This document shows, in pieces, positions 11,084 through 23,800 of a DNA stretch of 64,000 nt; the stretch's first letter is position 1, and each line of letters opens with the position of its first letter. The translations under genes and the position numbers were made by a program. The notes below the pieces were generated by a model. The model saw nothing but the letters and a program-made list of their open reading frames with translations. It had not been told where the DNA came from and did no database searches. The DNA is from Octopus bimaculoides (Eukaryota). The DNA lies in assembly GCF_001194135.2 (NCBI RefSeq), contig NC_068995.1, forward strand, positions 37,503,058-37,567,057, read 5' to 3'.

Positions 11084-13297
11084 GGTATTTTCCTTCACAT
11101 CGCAGCTTGGAACGACACCTGATGCGTACATGCAGCTTCATATGTAGTTCATATCACAGTCACAGCCTCCAATGCTACATCAAACTCTGGAATTGTGATT
11201 AGTTTAAAATCTACTAAACTCATTATCTCACTTCTTTTAAAGAACAACATTTTAGTCAGCACAAAGAAATTTTGTATTCTGATTTAATACAAAGAACATT
11301 TTTGTCTCCTATGGTTAAAATACATTATGGCAGCTAGAAGCAGTCGGATGAATTGTTCAGTTCTTCAGTAAAACGAAATTACTAGTGTACAAACAAAACA
11401 TCATACTCTTGTCTTTTCCGTTGTTTACCCAAAACATTACTAGAAACTAAACACAAAACAGAACAAATCCACAGACTACATAGAAGGTAAATCAAAATGC
11501 AAAGTAAATATGGTCTGGCTATAAAAGTGACAACATTCGCTGCTACAGCAGATTCTGGCCTTAACAGTGTGTTCACCTTGTGGGTAACACCACTCTCAAA
11601 CACCCAAACGTATCTATAACGCACAGAACCCCAATACACGACCATTCTAAGAACACTGATCATCCCACTCAATCTAGAAAAAATGAAAGTAGGGATATAC
11701 AAGAAATAGCAGAATCAATAATAACTTAAATATCATCTCAAAGACTGTAATCTGACGTACATGAACAATGTTACGTGTAATACAACAGTTGCTCTCACAT
11801 TTCAACCGTTTTCTTCTTCTGCCAGAACAAGCTCTCATACAAATGTCTGCTGTTTTATGGTAAAGAGAGACTGTTAGTCGCTTGTTGAATGAAAACTGGC
11901 CAGGAACAATAAGAATTTTATAAAGTTATAAAGTTATACAACAATACTATACACAACACCAGACTTTAATGAGGATAAGCAATAAATTTAGTGCCAGCGG
12001 AGAACATTAATTTTTTTCTTGTGGTTAAAACACATTATGGCTGTTAGGAGCAGAATGGATGAATTGTTCAGATCTTAGGTAAAAAAAAAAGAAAAATACA
12101 TATTCTCACTAACACATTATTCCATATGATATACTACTGCACAATATACAATATTGTGCATACTGCATTTCAGTAAGCACAATAAAAGTACATATTTAGA
12201 GCAAAGAAATTTCGTACTTGAATTGGATAAAGGAATCGATCGCAGTTATTATACAAACTGCCTGTGTGCGGTAGGTGTTATTAAACAACGTAGACGAAAT
12301 ACGTTGATATGTACACAGGAAAATATGGAAATATGGAGGATACATCATCCAGGTTGTTCAAAAATTAGCTTTACGACTTAAGACTTGTCTACAAAAGTTG
12401 AGATCGCCTAGATGATTAGCTTAGAACCAATTCAGCCCGCGTGGAAGTCTTCTGATATTTCTAATAAAAATTTATGTGATTCTGTTTTCTAATAACCTCT
12501 GCTGGGTTATTTTTATTTTTCATTCTTTTTTCCTTAGTTTTAAATTGTAAGGATAATTTATGGACAACCTATATATGGACACAAATGTGCAAAGTACCAC
12601 AAAGTATTATGGCACTTTGGAATGCCGTCGTAGAAAAAATCTTTGGATTATGTGACTTGGAACAAAATATACATATTATTATAACAATACCTTTCATTTT
12701 AAATCGACGTCAGTCAAGGGTTAAACAAGAACAAGGTCAATATCCTCAGGGAAAGAATAATCTATGATTTTTTTAGGTGTCCATAACAGTCACAGGTTCT
12801 CTTAATAAGACCATGTTCAAAATAAAAAAACAGACATGTATCATAGACGTTCGCATGTACGCTGTATAAACCGAATGTAGGTAGCAGTCAGTTAAATAGG
12901 GATACACACGCACACACACACACACAAACGAGCACGCACGAGTTCGCTGACAGACAGACAGACACACATACACATACACACACAATAATGTTTGAAAAAA
13001 CTAATAAAGGATGTACTTCTATTCGATCAGTATATATAATATTTCAAACAGAAATAAAAATTAGATTTACTAAATAAGCAAATATATTTGTAAGCGAGTA
13101 GTATATTAAAACTCTAGCTGATTGGATTTGTTTGTTTACAAAACAGTTGTAGCTTGCTATCAACAGAAAGCTGCAGATAAACTAAATTCAAATGAAAGGC
13201 AAATAAAATCCTATTTCAACAGATGATGAATTCCAATGGTATTTGAACTGAAAGCGACAGAGAAAGAAAAGCTCTGAACATATTTTGATATTCACAA

Positions 13298-13341
13298 ACA
13301 TACATACATACATACATACATACATGCATATATTTATATAT

Positions 13342-13399
<58 letters not shown>

Positions 13400-13430
13400 A
13401 ATATATGTGTGGGCATGTGTGTGTATGTGT
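13298..13430. repeat. (ACAT)n/(AT)n/(AC)n compound microsatellite
   Basis: Direct reading. Confidence 0.95.
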
Positions 13431-15248
13431 GCATGTGTGTCCATGTAAGTAATCATGTATATATGCATACAATGCTTGTGTGTGTGTACATCGGAAAACA
13501 AGTATATTTTGATGGGCTAAGTGAAAATGCGGAAAAAATACATATACATCTATAACATTTTGCATGTGTATTGCATGAAGTTCTCATCAAAGTAGGTGAT
13601 CAATAAATAAACCATATAACAATATATATATATGCATATACTTGTATACATATGTTGTTCGCAGCGCCATATCGATTATATATGCAAACACATACACATA
13701 AACGTACATATGTGTAAGAATATAATTAGGTGAAGTGTAGGTAGCAACCAATTAGACAGTGTTAGGCGCGCATACACATACACACACATACACACACACG
13801 CATACACGCGCATACACACAGCCACAACATGAACATACGATGTAGGTATATGAAAATGAAACTCCCATTTTCATTTTAGGATTGTATTTTGTGGCGGAAA
13901 GTATAACTTTGTTATTTTCAAATAATAATAATAATGACATTTGATTTGTTTACGCTACAATGATAAAATAAATATCAGATTATCGTACATAACATACCTT
14001 GCAGGAACGTATAGAATATAATTGAAATCAGCGTTCTTTATCGAATATCATTGCATTTAAACTTATGTAGAACTTTATGTACGCATCATCTACATTCACA
14101 CACACACACACNNNNNNNNNNNNNNNNNNNNNNNNNNNNNNNNNNNNNNNNNNNNNNNNNNNNNNNNNNNNNNNNNNNNNNNNNNNNNNNNNNNNNNNNN
14201 NNNNNNNNNNNNNNNNNNNNNNNNNNNNNNNNNNNNNNNNNNNNNNNNNNNNNNNNNNNNNNNNNNNNNNNNNNNNNNNNNNNNNNNNNNNNNNNNNNNN
14301 NNNNNNNNNNNNNNNNNNNNNNNNNNNNNNNNNNNNNNNNNNNNNNNNNNNNNNNNNNNNNNNNNNNNNNNNNNNNNNNNNNNNNNNNNNNNNNNNNNNN
14401 NNNNNNNNNNNNNNNNNNNNNNNNNNATATATATATACATGTATGTATATATAAATATAATATATACATATATATATACACATGTATGTATATATAAATA
14501 TAATATATACATATATATGTATGCATATGTATATATTTATATGTAAATGTATATATATATGTATATGTGTAACGTATTTATATATGAACGTGTGTATGTA
14601 TGTCGAAGAGAGAGATATAAAGATAATGTTGCAAGTGGTGGGGATTTCTATACACTTATATATGTATACACACATCCATACACGCTACACTCAAACACAT
14701 GCAGGTAAAACAGTATCATAATTGAATCATGTTGCTTTAATATTTATCGGGGAAACATGCAAATTCTATTCATTTATAAAAATACTGTTTCGAGGACTTG
14801 ACTGTCGGCCAATAATGTATGCTGTAAATTTACTTTGACATTCATTGTTTAAATATCATATGGTAAATGTTATTGACAGATGGAATAGTGGATGTATGAA
14901 CAGCGTGGTGAAACTTATGTAAGGCAAAGTAATGCAAAAGAATTACTTATGAAATGTCAAATTAATCCTATTAGTGAGAAACCTAGGTGATTTGATGTTT
15001 CTGGGTTATGCTTTGAAAACAAAGTAGAGAATGATAAGTCTGTTGTTGCTTGTGTGGGATTATATATTATCAATACTGTCTCCTGACATAAGTGTCCATA
15101 ATTGGGCTCTTTCTGTCAAGCAAGTTATTGTGAATGCTTTTGAAAATTTGATTGTAACAACATTGGTTCCATGAAATTGCTTGAGAAGGAGAACCATGCG
15201 GCGTATTGGATGGAAGGTCTCCAAAACTCCGGTTTTATGAAAACCGAA

Positions 15249-15257
15249 AGAGAGAGA

Positions 15258-15321
<64 letters not shown>

Positions 15322-15327
15322 GAGAGA
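15249..15327. repeat. (AG)n microsatellite
   Basis: Direct reading. Confidence 0.95.
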
Positions 15328-16587
15328 AAAGTTTTAGAGAAAGTTTTGGTAATGACTGTAATCCTCAACATTGAGATTTTGCAGGTGATATTTTGCAGAC
15401 GAGGTTAAACGTTGACAGGATCACAGAGGTTGATTTTGCAGTCGGGGCATACTGTTGCAAAGATCAGGATATATGAGTGTAGATAAAAACCTTTTTGCTG
15501 AAGATAGTACCTAGCTTGTTGGTACAGATTTTAGACAATGGAAAGGGAAATCGACAGAGCTAGAAACCTCGGTAGTTTTGCAATTTACGTGTGATGTTTC
15601 TAGCGGTGAGTACGTTGCATGGGAAAAGGATATCACGCAACTTGTCTTAATTACTTTCTATGATCTTGTGTGTTAATTTAGAATTACTTCGAATAGATTC
15701 GCTTGTGTGGATACCTAGGCAACGCACGCTATATCTGTGGATAATATTCATCCATGAAACTTCAAAATACAGCATTATAAGGGATGAGTCGTGTATAAGA
15801 GCACGAGTTTTGCTTGCAGTACAGGAGACAAATATGAGAAATAGATAGATACTGCGAATATGCAATTCTAACAGATTGACTGAATAGCAAAAATAATAGC
15901 TCTATCATTCACTCTCCTCATGATATTTGTTGTCCACCAACTAGTTTGAGGACTTCTGTTTTTGCAAGACAAACATAATTAGGTTTACAAGGGAAAACAA
16001 ATCAGCCTTAAAACCTGTACTGCTTCCCAGAATAAACCTATCGCTAATTCCACCAACAGTGATCATAGACACAGCTAAGGATATTAAAACAGAAAATCAA
16101 TCACGTCTTCGAAATAGAGTCTGTTTCTCATATCTCCTCAGTGAAAAGTAGTTAAATCACTTCTGGCGCAATTTAGGGAAGGCAGAATTGGTTCTTGGCT
16201 TTAAGATCAGAATGATTTTCAGTCAAACACTATAGTCTCTTTTCTTGACAAGGCAATATGCAATATTTATCATGGAGGTGAAAAGCAAGAATTTGGAATG
16301 AAGTCAATGCTATGATAGAAGAATATGATAACAAAAAAAAAGTCAGTAAATCGTAAAGCAGCTTTTTTAAAATCTTATGAATCGATAGGTCCATAAAATA
16401 CAAGGGACCTCATTTCTAATATTTCTGCCTCTTAAAGTTATATGATTTTTGTTTACATTTGGGCTAAACAAGTGTACGCGGTTAGAAAAAAGCGACAAAT
16501 CTTTATGCACATTTTCGTGGTACTAGCTACACAAGTGTATGTAATTGTTGTAACTATGCAATAGAAGAGGAAATGAAAGCCACTACA

Positions 16588-16659
16588 TAATGCATGTTTG
16601 CCTCTTGTCGAGAACTGAATATGTTGTTGGGGCATAACATCCGGCTGTAGTTGATAACC
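16588..16659 (-). CDS. Candidate host-gene exon (3' boundary uncertain)
   Basis: Strong acceptor tattttttcag|G at 16660. Phase-1 reading is YQLQPDVMPQQHIQFSTRGKHAL. The donor is unresolved (gtagtg at 16587 is weak). Confidence 0.35.
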
Positions 16660-17279
16660 TGAAAAAATATTTTTCACCACATCACATTAAACTTGATATC
16701 ATGGAAAATATATTGAAAAGTAAGGAAATGGATCTTTAAGGAAATGGATTTAAATATTTAAAGGACAAATTCAATGAAATACTGACGAATACAAACTAAA
16801 ACACTTGGAGATTTACTGACGCATAGTTCCATATTAAGATCTTTAAATTTGTTGAAATTCTATCTTCGAAATAAACAGAGCTGAATACTATCGGGAAATG
16901 GCGTGTAACATACAGTTATCTTAAAGACTGGGTTGTTAGAGGATATCGTTTAAAATGTTTTTACACATTCTCTTCTCCACTGTTCTGCTAATCGTGAGGT
17001 TTTAAGTGAAGGTGACGCACCATTTTTTTTACCGAAAAATGTCTGTAACGGAAAGTAAATAGGGAACTCCAGTGGAAATGCAATGGATTAATATTCTGGT
17101 TCTTTCAGAAAAAGAACACATTATCTCAAAAATGACAAAAAGTGACAACTACTGCCAGATGTTGTGCCCCAACAACATACAAAAAATATTCAAGAATACA
17201 AAAAGAATACAAAAGTATTCAAGAAAGTTCAATTTGACAGCAGAAAATTGTCTTTCGCTAGTAACAAATTCTTGCTTAC

Positions 17280-17349
17280 GCGATTGAAAAGAATGGTTAT
17301 ATGTAGCGTTGGTAAATCTGTCAGCGAAAATCCAGCTGTTTGTTTTAAG
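17280..17349 (-). CDS. Candidate host-gene exon (phase 0->1 LKTNSWIFADRFTNATYNHSFQS, or 2->0)
   Basis: Acceptor catgcttttag|, donor CGC|gtaagc; phase 0 fits exon 18136-18272. Confidence 0.45.
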
Positions 17350-17730
17350 CTAAAAGCATGACGGACGTACAATTCAATTCATAATAAGTAAGCATAAACT
17401 ATCATAAGACACGGTGCAGAAAAAATAACACTATGTGCTTAACACAATAGCACAATAACGTTTGAGGAAGAGAAGACAAGAAGAGGATCTGTGGTTACAT
17501 AAATTCTAGATGTGGTATCGAAATTTGGTCATCAGATTTGAATTCATTACCACCGACTAGGCAAGAAACAATAGTTCTCCTGACTGTAACAGAAGAAAAA
17601 AAGTTGAAACGTGTTCTCTACAGGAAACAGATTACCAAAATTGCTTAAATATCAAGTCACAAGCAGCTGTAAACATTCAAACAGTAATTGTGTTTCCTAG
17701 CTCTTCCACTTCTCCTTCCTCGTCCGCTTT

Positions 17731-17762
<32 letters not shown>

Positions 17763-17982
17763 GATGTTCTCTAACATAGGATGGTATTTGACAATCTGCT
17801 ATTTCTCTTTGTTTCTTTTTTGTAAGCCAACGTTCAGTTTTAATGTACTACCAATGACAGATACCATTTATGGTGTATTTTTTCTTGTTCTTGTTCTTGA
17901 CGTTGTTGTTGGTACTGGCGTTGATGATGATGATAATGATAATGATGATGGGAATGATGGTGATGATGATGATGATGATGAT
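17731..17982. repeat. (CAT)n at 17731-17763 and degenerate (GAT)n at about 17922-17982
   Basis: Direct reading; the two tracts are mutually complementary. Confidence 0.9.
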
Positions 17983-18135
17983 GTTATTTTAGAAACAAAA
18001 ATCCATAAAACAGAAAAATATGTGCATATATTAAGAGACGATGCATGAGTTATAAGTGATGAATATTATTATGTGACATAATAAAAATATCGATTCTTGT
18101 AAAATGTACAATTTGCTGCTCTTGATTTTATTTAC

Positions 18136-18272
18136 TTCTTCCTCAATTTTGGTTATTTCAGGTAACGACGGCCACATGTTATTCTTGTTTATTTTCCCAT
18201 TTTCTTTAGTGTATTTATCGACGATAGTATGATCGGTAGCGGTGATAGATGCACGCAAGTGATCGCACACAC
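18136..18272 (-). CDS. Candidate host-gene exon (phase 1->0) VCDHLRASITATDHTIVDKYTKENGKINKNNMWPSLPEITKIEEE
   Basis: Acceptor ttactatttgtag|, donor GAA|gtaaat; 137 nt with only one open frame. Confidence 0.55.
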
Positions 18273-18514
18273 CTACAAATAGTAACAACAATAATATAAA
18301 AATAATCTATAGTAAGATGATGATACCATGAGATTTGAAATGGAATAAGGGAATATTAAAAAGCATTCCTATCTCCACTGATTATATATATATTAATATA
18401 CATTGAAAAGCACACATACACATATATTTTGCATCATGTGTCCGTATGAGTGTGTATGTGTGTGTGTGTGAGTGCGTGTAATGATATTTTTCTTAGACAT
18501 TGCTATGCCAAAGA

Positions 18515-19765
18515 TACAAAGGTGGCATCAAAATGTTCCTGGTCTAGTTCCGTAGCGGGAGGATGGCATTATTCGGTTACGTGCCTAGTGAGAGCTAGCA
18601 GTGACCTTTATGAGGTAATGTGCCGAGTAACATCACTGGGTTTACTTCGCTAGTTGTGAGATTTGTGTTTTTGTGATCACGTGTATGCTGTAGTCTGCGA
18701 TATTTTCATGGACAGGGAATTGCAAACAAAGTCGAAGTGAAATTTTACGTTAAACTTGGGAAATCTGCTACAGAGACATTGAGTATGTTTCCGCAAGTTT
18801 ACGGCGACGGAGCCATGAGTCGAACACAATGTTTCGAGTAGCACGGGCACTTCAAGAGCGGAAGAATGTCCCTGAAAGAAATTGAGCGATCTAGAAGCTC
18901 TACTACGAGCGTCATCTCCGGAAAAGTGGAGCAAATTCATCCATTTGTGTCTGAGGATCATCAGGGGAGAATCAACGACATTGCTGATGGTGATGGTCTA
19001 TTATATATGTTCGTGCAGACAATTCTCACGTCTCAATTGAACATACGGCAAAAAGAATAGCGCGCCGGTCTATGAAGATCTCCGTCAGCGTACCGCTGGT
19101 GACCCATCCTTCATGTTGAGGACGAGAGTTGAGTCTACGGGTACGAGAGTTGAGTCTACGGTAACGACCCTAAGACGAATCACCTATCGCTTCAATGGAA
19201 GTCTCCACGACCGAAAAAGGCATGACAGAGCCGCAGCTCATTCAAGAAAATGCTCATCGTTTTCTTCGATATCCGCGATATTGTGCATCAAGAATTCGTC
19301 CTCCAGGGCTACGCCGTCAATCGAGAGTTCTACTACGACATTTTGAAGCATTTGAGGGAAGACATTCGGTGAAAGTGACCGGATCTGTGTGGAGCGACAA
19401 TGTCACCGTGTTCTCCTCACGCGTGAGTTTATCACCAAAAAACAACACGGTATCGCTTCCGCATCTGCTCTATTCGGCAGATTTAGCATCTGCTGACCTA
19501 CATCACTTCCCTAAGATGAAAATGATAAAACGGCAGCTCAAAGTCACTGTTTTAACACCGATGTCAAGATCCAGAGTGAATTGCACAAGGTTCCCGACTC
19601 GCTTACAGAAAACGACTTCTAGCCAGATTCCAAAGTGACAAGAACACCGAGACCGGTGTATTGGAGCGCAAGGTGACTATTTCGAAGGAGATGATGTTAA
19701 AACTTAGGTAAATAAATTGTTTTTTATCAAGCATAACTACTCCGGGAACTTCCCATACAGTGATA
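18515..19765 (+). mobile_element. Decayed mariner transposon with both TIR remnants
   Basis: Frameshifted transposase: KF.VKLGKSATETLSM..QVYGDGAMSRTQCFE...FKSGR.SL, then HLLYSADLASADLHHFPKMK (YSPDL-like). TIR remnants gttcctggtctagtt (18535-18549) and aactactccgggaac (19735-19749). Confidence 0.85.
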
Positions 19766-19894
19766 TTCAAGATCTCAACTATGATAGAAATGCAACTTCC
19801 AGCAGAAACAATANNNNNNNNNNNNNNNNNNNNNNNNNNNNNNNNNNNNNNNNNNNNNNNNNNNNNNNNNNNNNNNNNNNNNNNNNNNNNNNNN

Positions 19895-19934
<40 letters not shown>

Positions 19935-20879
19935 GTGTGTGTGTGTATGTGTGTGTGTGTGTGTGTGTGTGCGTGTGTGTGTGTGTAAATGTATGTTGCC
20001 CATACATCTGTCTCTCTGTCCCTGTAGACACACACACTACATACACACATATAAATGCACACTTATATATCTGTGTGCACTGGTGTATTCTGTACGTATG
20101 TATATATGCATGATTTGTGTATGCAGATATGATTGTAAGTTGGTATTTATATATGCTTGCAGAAAGATTGTTCACAGTTCAGCAAAAGAATCACTGAATT
20201 TTCAACGTAATTGATTTCTTAACAAGTTTCTCTTTTTCTATATTTGGTCTTGGAAAGTTTTAATTCATTTCCTCAATCGATAGATGTTTTGTGTTATATT
20301 TTGTGATGCAGCGATAAGGAAATAGTAACGCCATTAGGACATCAAAATGACTGGACATCATATGTAAATGGGTTTGCGTGTATTGAAATCTCTTAACTTG
20401 TTTAAATTAGTTATGTGTGAAATAAATTTATTTCGTTTGCAGCATTTCAATTCATTGACCGGGAAATTTTGTTTAAACTGGTTCTTTTACGCTGATTGTA
20501 CGTGAATTACATAAAAGGTCTCAGCTGGTATGTGCACACTCGCACTGAATTATTATGGCGTATTTGTTATTTGCTCACATCTTTTGCAATTATTGTTAAG
20601 GAGGACTCTAGGCTTCCACTTGATATTTTCAGTATTTAACAGCAATACGGTTAACTCTATGCAGATACTTTCAAATACCAAGATAGGAGCTACTTGATAT
20701 TATTGGCCTTTTATTAGTTGTTACTATTATCTCAGTGTGCGGATATTACTTAGACCAACATTTAAAAATGCTTTCTTTTCGAACTGGGTTGCATTGCTCC
20801 TGTAATAAGTTTGTCTATATAGTGTGTATCGCATGAATATTTATTAGAATAAACTACACGATATTAGAAAACCTCCAAA

Positions 20880-21689
20880 AGACATCAGGCAGATGTAGTG
20901 GGCAAGAGAGACGACTGCGATGGTATAGTCATGTGATGCGTATGGACGAGGACAGTTGTAAATGAAGTTCCGATCTCTAACTCTGGAGAGAACCTGTGGA
21001 AGGGGTGGATCCAGAAGACATGGGACGAGATGGTCAAGCATAATCTTCGAATCTTAGGCCCTACGGAGGTGATGGCAAGTGACCGAGACCTCTGGCGATA
21101 AACTGTCGTGAGAAGACTCGTCAGGCTAAGTGAAATCGTAGCTGTGACCTTGCCGGCGCCATGTAAACGAATCCCGTGGATCGTATTCGTGGCTATTGAC
21201 GGTGCCATCTAAATGACATCTGTAAAATCGGAGTTGGGCCGTTAACTGGTGCCTCGGAAATGGCACCCATGAATCGTAATCGTAGCCGTTGTTGTTGATG
21301 ATGCCATGTATACGGCACCTGTGAATTGTAGTTCTGGTCATTGGTGGAGCCATGTAATGGGGTCCCATGAATCGTGGACGTGGTCGTTGCCGGTACCATG
21401 TAAAAGGCACCCATAAATCGTCGAGGTCGTTGCCGGTGCCATGCAAATAGCACCCATGGATCATAGCCGTGGTCGTTGCCGGTGTCAAATAAATGGCACC
21501 CATGCCGATGACACGCAAAATCACCCATTATACTCCTGGTGTAGTTGGCCTTAGGAAGGATATGCAGCCGTAGAAACCATGCCAAATCAAACTGGAAGCT
21601 GGTGCAGCTCTCCGGCTTATCAGCTCCAGTCAAACCGTCTAACTCATGCCAGCATGGAGAGCAGACTTTAAATGATGATGATAACGATG

Positions 21690-21690
<1 letters not shown>
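20880..21690 (+). mobile_element. RTE-clade LINE 3' end with minisatellite-containing 3' UTR and (TGA)n tail
   Basis: RRLRWYSHVMRMDEDSC...TCGRG C-terminal motif; the 3' UTR ends ccatgccagcatgga-like...taaatgatgatg. Confidence 0.85.
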
Positions 21691-21748
<58 letters not shown>

Positions 21749-21801
21749 CCCATTCATTCCCCCATCCATCCATCCATCCATCCATCCATCCATCCATCCA
21801 T
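21691..21801. repeat. (TATC)n/(CCAT)n microsatellite
   Basis: Direct reading. Confidence 0.95.
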
Positions 21802-23644
21802 CGTATATAAATACATATATATATACATATACGTAAATGTAGAACGATGAAAATAAGTGCTTAACACCGCATTGGTGGATATAATTTCTTTATTTGTGAA
21901 TTAAGGCTACCATTGGCTTCATCTTAAGAAATGTATGATAATATCCTAGTGTCTTAATTTTTCAAGCCGGTCACATGAAGAAAAGTGTTCGCTTCCATTC
22001 CATGTTTTAGTAGAAATATGCTGTAGAGAAGAAGTAAAATGCATTTAACTTTTCCTTCTTTTACGATTTGATTATACTATGAACATCGCATCTTAATATT
22101 AGAATAAAAGAAAAAAAACCATTCTACATCATTGTTTCTCATTACACAGGCAAACACGCTCTTATTCATCCGACCTCTAAAAATTACTCATTTTTGCACA
22201 TTATTCTAAATTAATTGTATGCTGCAGAACCTCCCTAAACTAGACATCGCCTCGAAGGGTTTAAACAGACAAATTGACCCCAGTTCTTCAGTCCGGACCT
22301 TATTCGACTGGTCCCTTTGGCAAACCGTTAAAACAGCCTACTTTATGTGTCATACGGTGTTGGTTGGCAAACGCCATGCATACACATGCACAAACAAGCG
22401 CACGCAAACTCGCACGAGCATACATACAACGGGTTTCCACACAATTTCCTTTATCAAAGTATTAAAAAAGGTATTGTTTGGCCCGGAGATATAATAGAGG
22501 ATACTTGCGCAAGGTGCCGCACAGGGACATTGAATCGAATTCTGCGTGATTTCAAAACGAATTTCTTAAGTACTTAGTCATCTCTATTCAAATTTTTCCT
22601 GTAGAAATCTTAAGAGACATGTTTTTCTTTCATTTTTGTTTTCCTTCTCATTAAGGCTTGACTATTTTGTTTGTTATATGTTTTGCCTGCATCCCTAGCC
22701 TTTTCACTCCCCCATTGACCTACTATAACTCAACATCACGATGTCATTTCCTTTTGTTGTATTTCATGGATCAATCCTTAAAAATCGTATGCACAGTCGT
22801 TGGCGTTTGCTAAGGAAAAGAAGTATTATGTTGAAAACCGAAACTGCAAGAATTTCGACAGATGATGAAAAGAAAATTCTTTGTTCTCCATATTGCCGTT
22901 TATACCATTTATGTTTTCATTCATATCAAACACAAATTGTCGGCTGTAACTGAAGATAGAACCAATGATTGCAACAAGAGGATCATTTTTCTTCAAATTC
23001 AAGAGATGGAATGAATCCCGAGAACGATATACGAATATTTCTACAGAAAAGAAACAGACTCCAGAATTTAAAGTACTGAAGCACACGCATGCACACACGT
23101 ATATGTAATTTTGTGTGAATGTGCTTGAATGTATGTATGCGCATGTGCCTCTATATACAGATGTGTGTGTGTATGTGTGTGTTGCATGCATTTTGCAGTT
23201 TAGAGATGAAGAAATTGCTTTTCTTTACCTTTCGAAAGAAATCAGTTTCTTTCCTGAACAAGCCTCACAACTCTTATTGTCACATGAAGAGATCTCGATT
23301 TGCTTTCTAATCATCAAAACTTTTACTCAAACCATAAGTAATTTTTGTTTTCGCTGATACCAAAACGTGTGAATAGGTAAGTGCAAATAGTGATTGGTAC
23401 CACTATGTTTGAAACAAGTGTTTACGAACAAATTTATCTGCATACTTTTAAAATTATTTTCCCCTTTCTTGATTTATTTTATGTAATTTTGCTTTTTTCT
23501 CTTTTCGTGTTGGCGCACTTATTTACCTTCCTCTATTATCGATTCTCTTGTTATTGCTTCTCCAGTGTTTGATAAAAGTATAGATTCTATACATGATTGT
23601 TTTAGAGAAGTATGGTGTAAAAGTAAGCTGGAAGCTCAAGGTGT

Positions 23645-23800
23645 TATATAGATATAAAATCCGTTCTGTCTGTCTGTTTGTGCGCTTATAACTCGAGTAT
23701 TGTTCATCCGATCGCGCTAATGTTACCTATCCCGTAGTTCTCACCACTACACCACTGAAAATCGGAATAAAATACGTAAAGCAACAGTCGTAAAATACAA
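23645..23800 (+). mobile_element. Possible Helentron/DINE-like non-autonomous 5' fragment
   Basis: tatagatataaaat..gtctgtctgtttgt..aactcgag..tcatccgatc resembles the DINE/HINE 5' layout; recognised from memory only. Confidence 0.35.

Noticed and set aside
15033-15176. Plus-strand short ORF with a WDYIL...H.W motif resembling the C9orf72 N-terminus
   Set aside because: Opposite strand to the gene, only about 47 codons, and likely a coincidental match.
21155-21525. CRISPR array
   Set aside because: Spacers are related to each other, repeats are degenerate, the array sits inside an RTE 3' UTR in eukaryotic DNA, and there are no cas genes.
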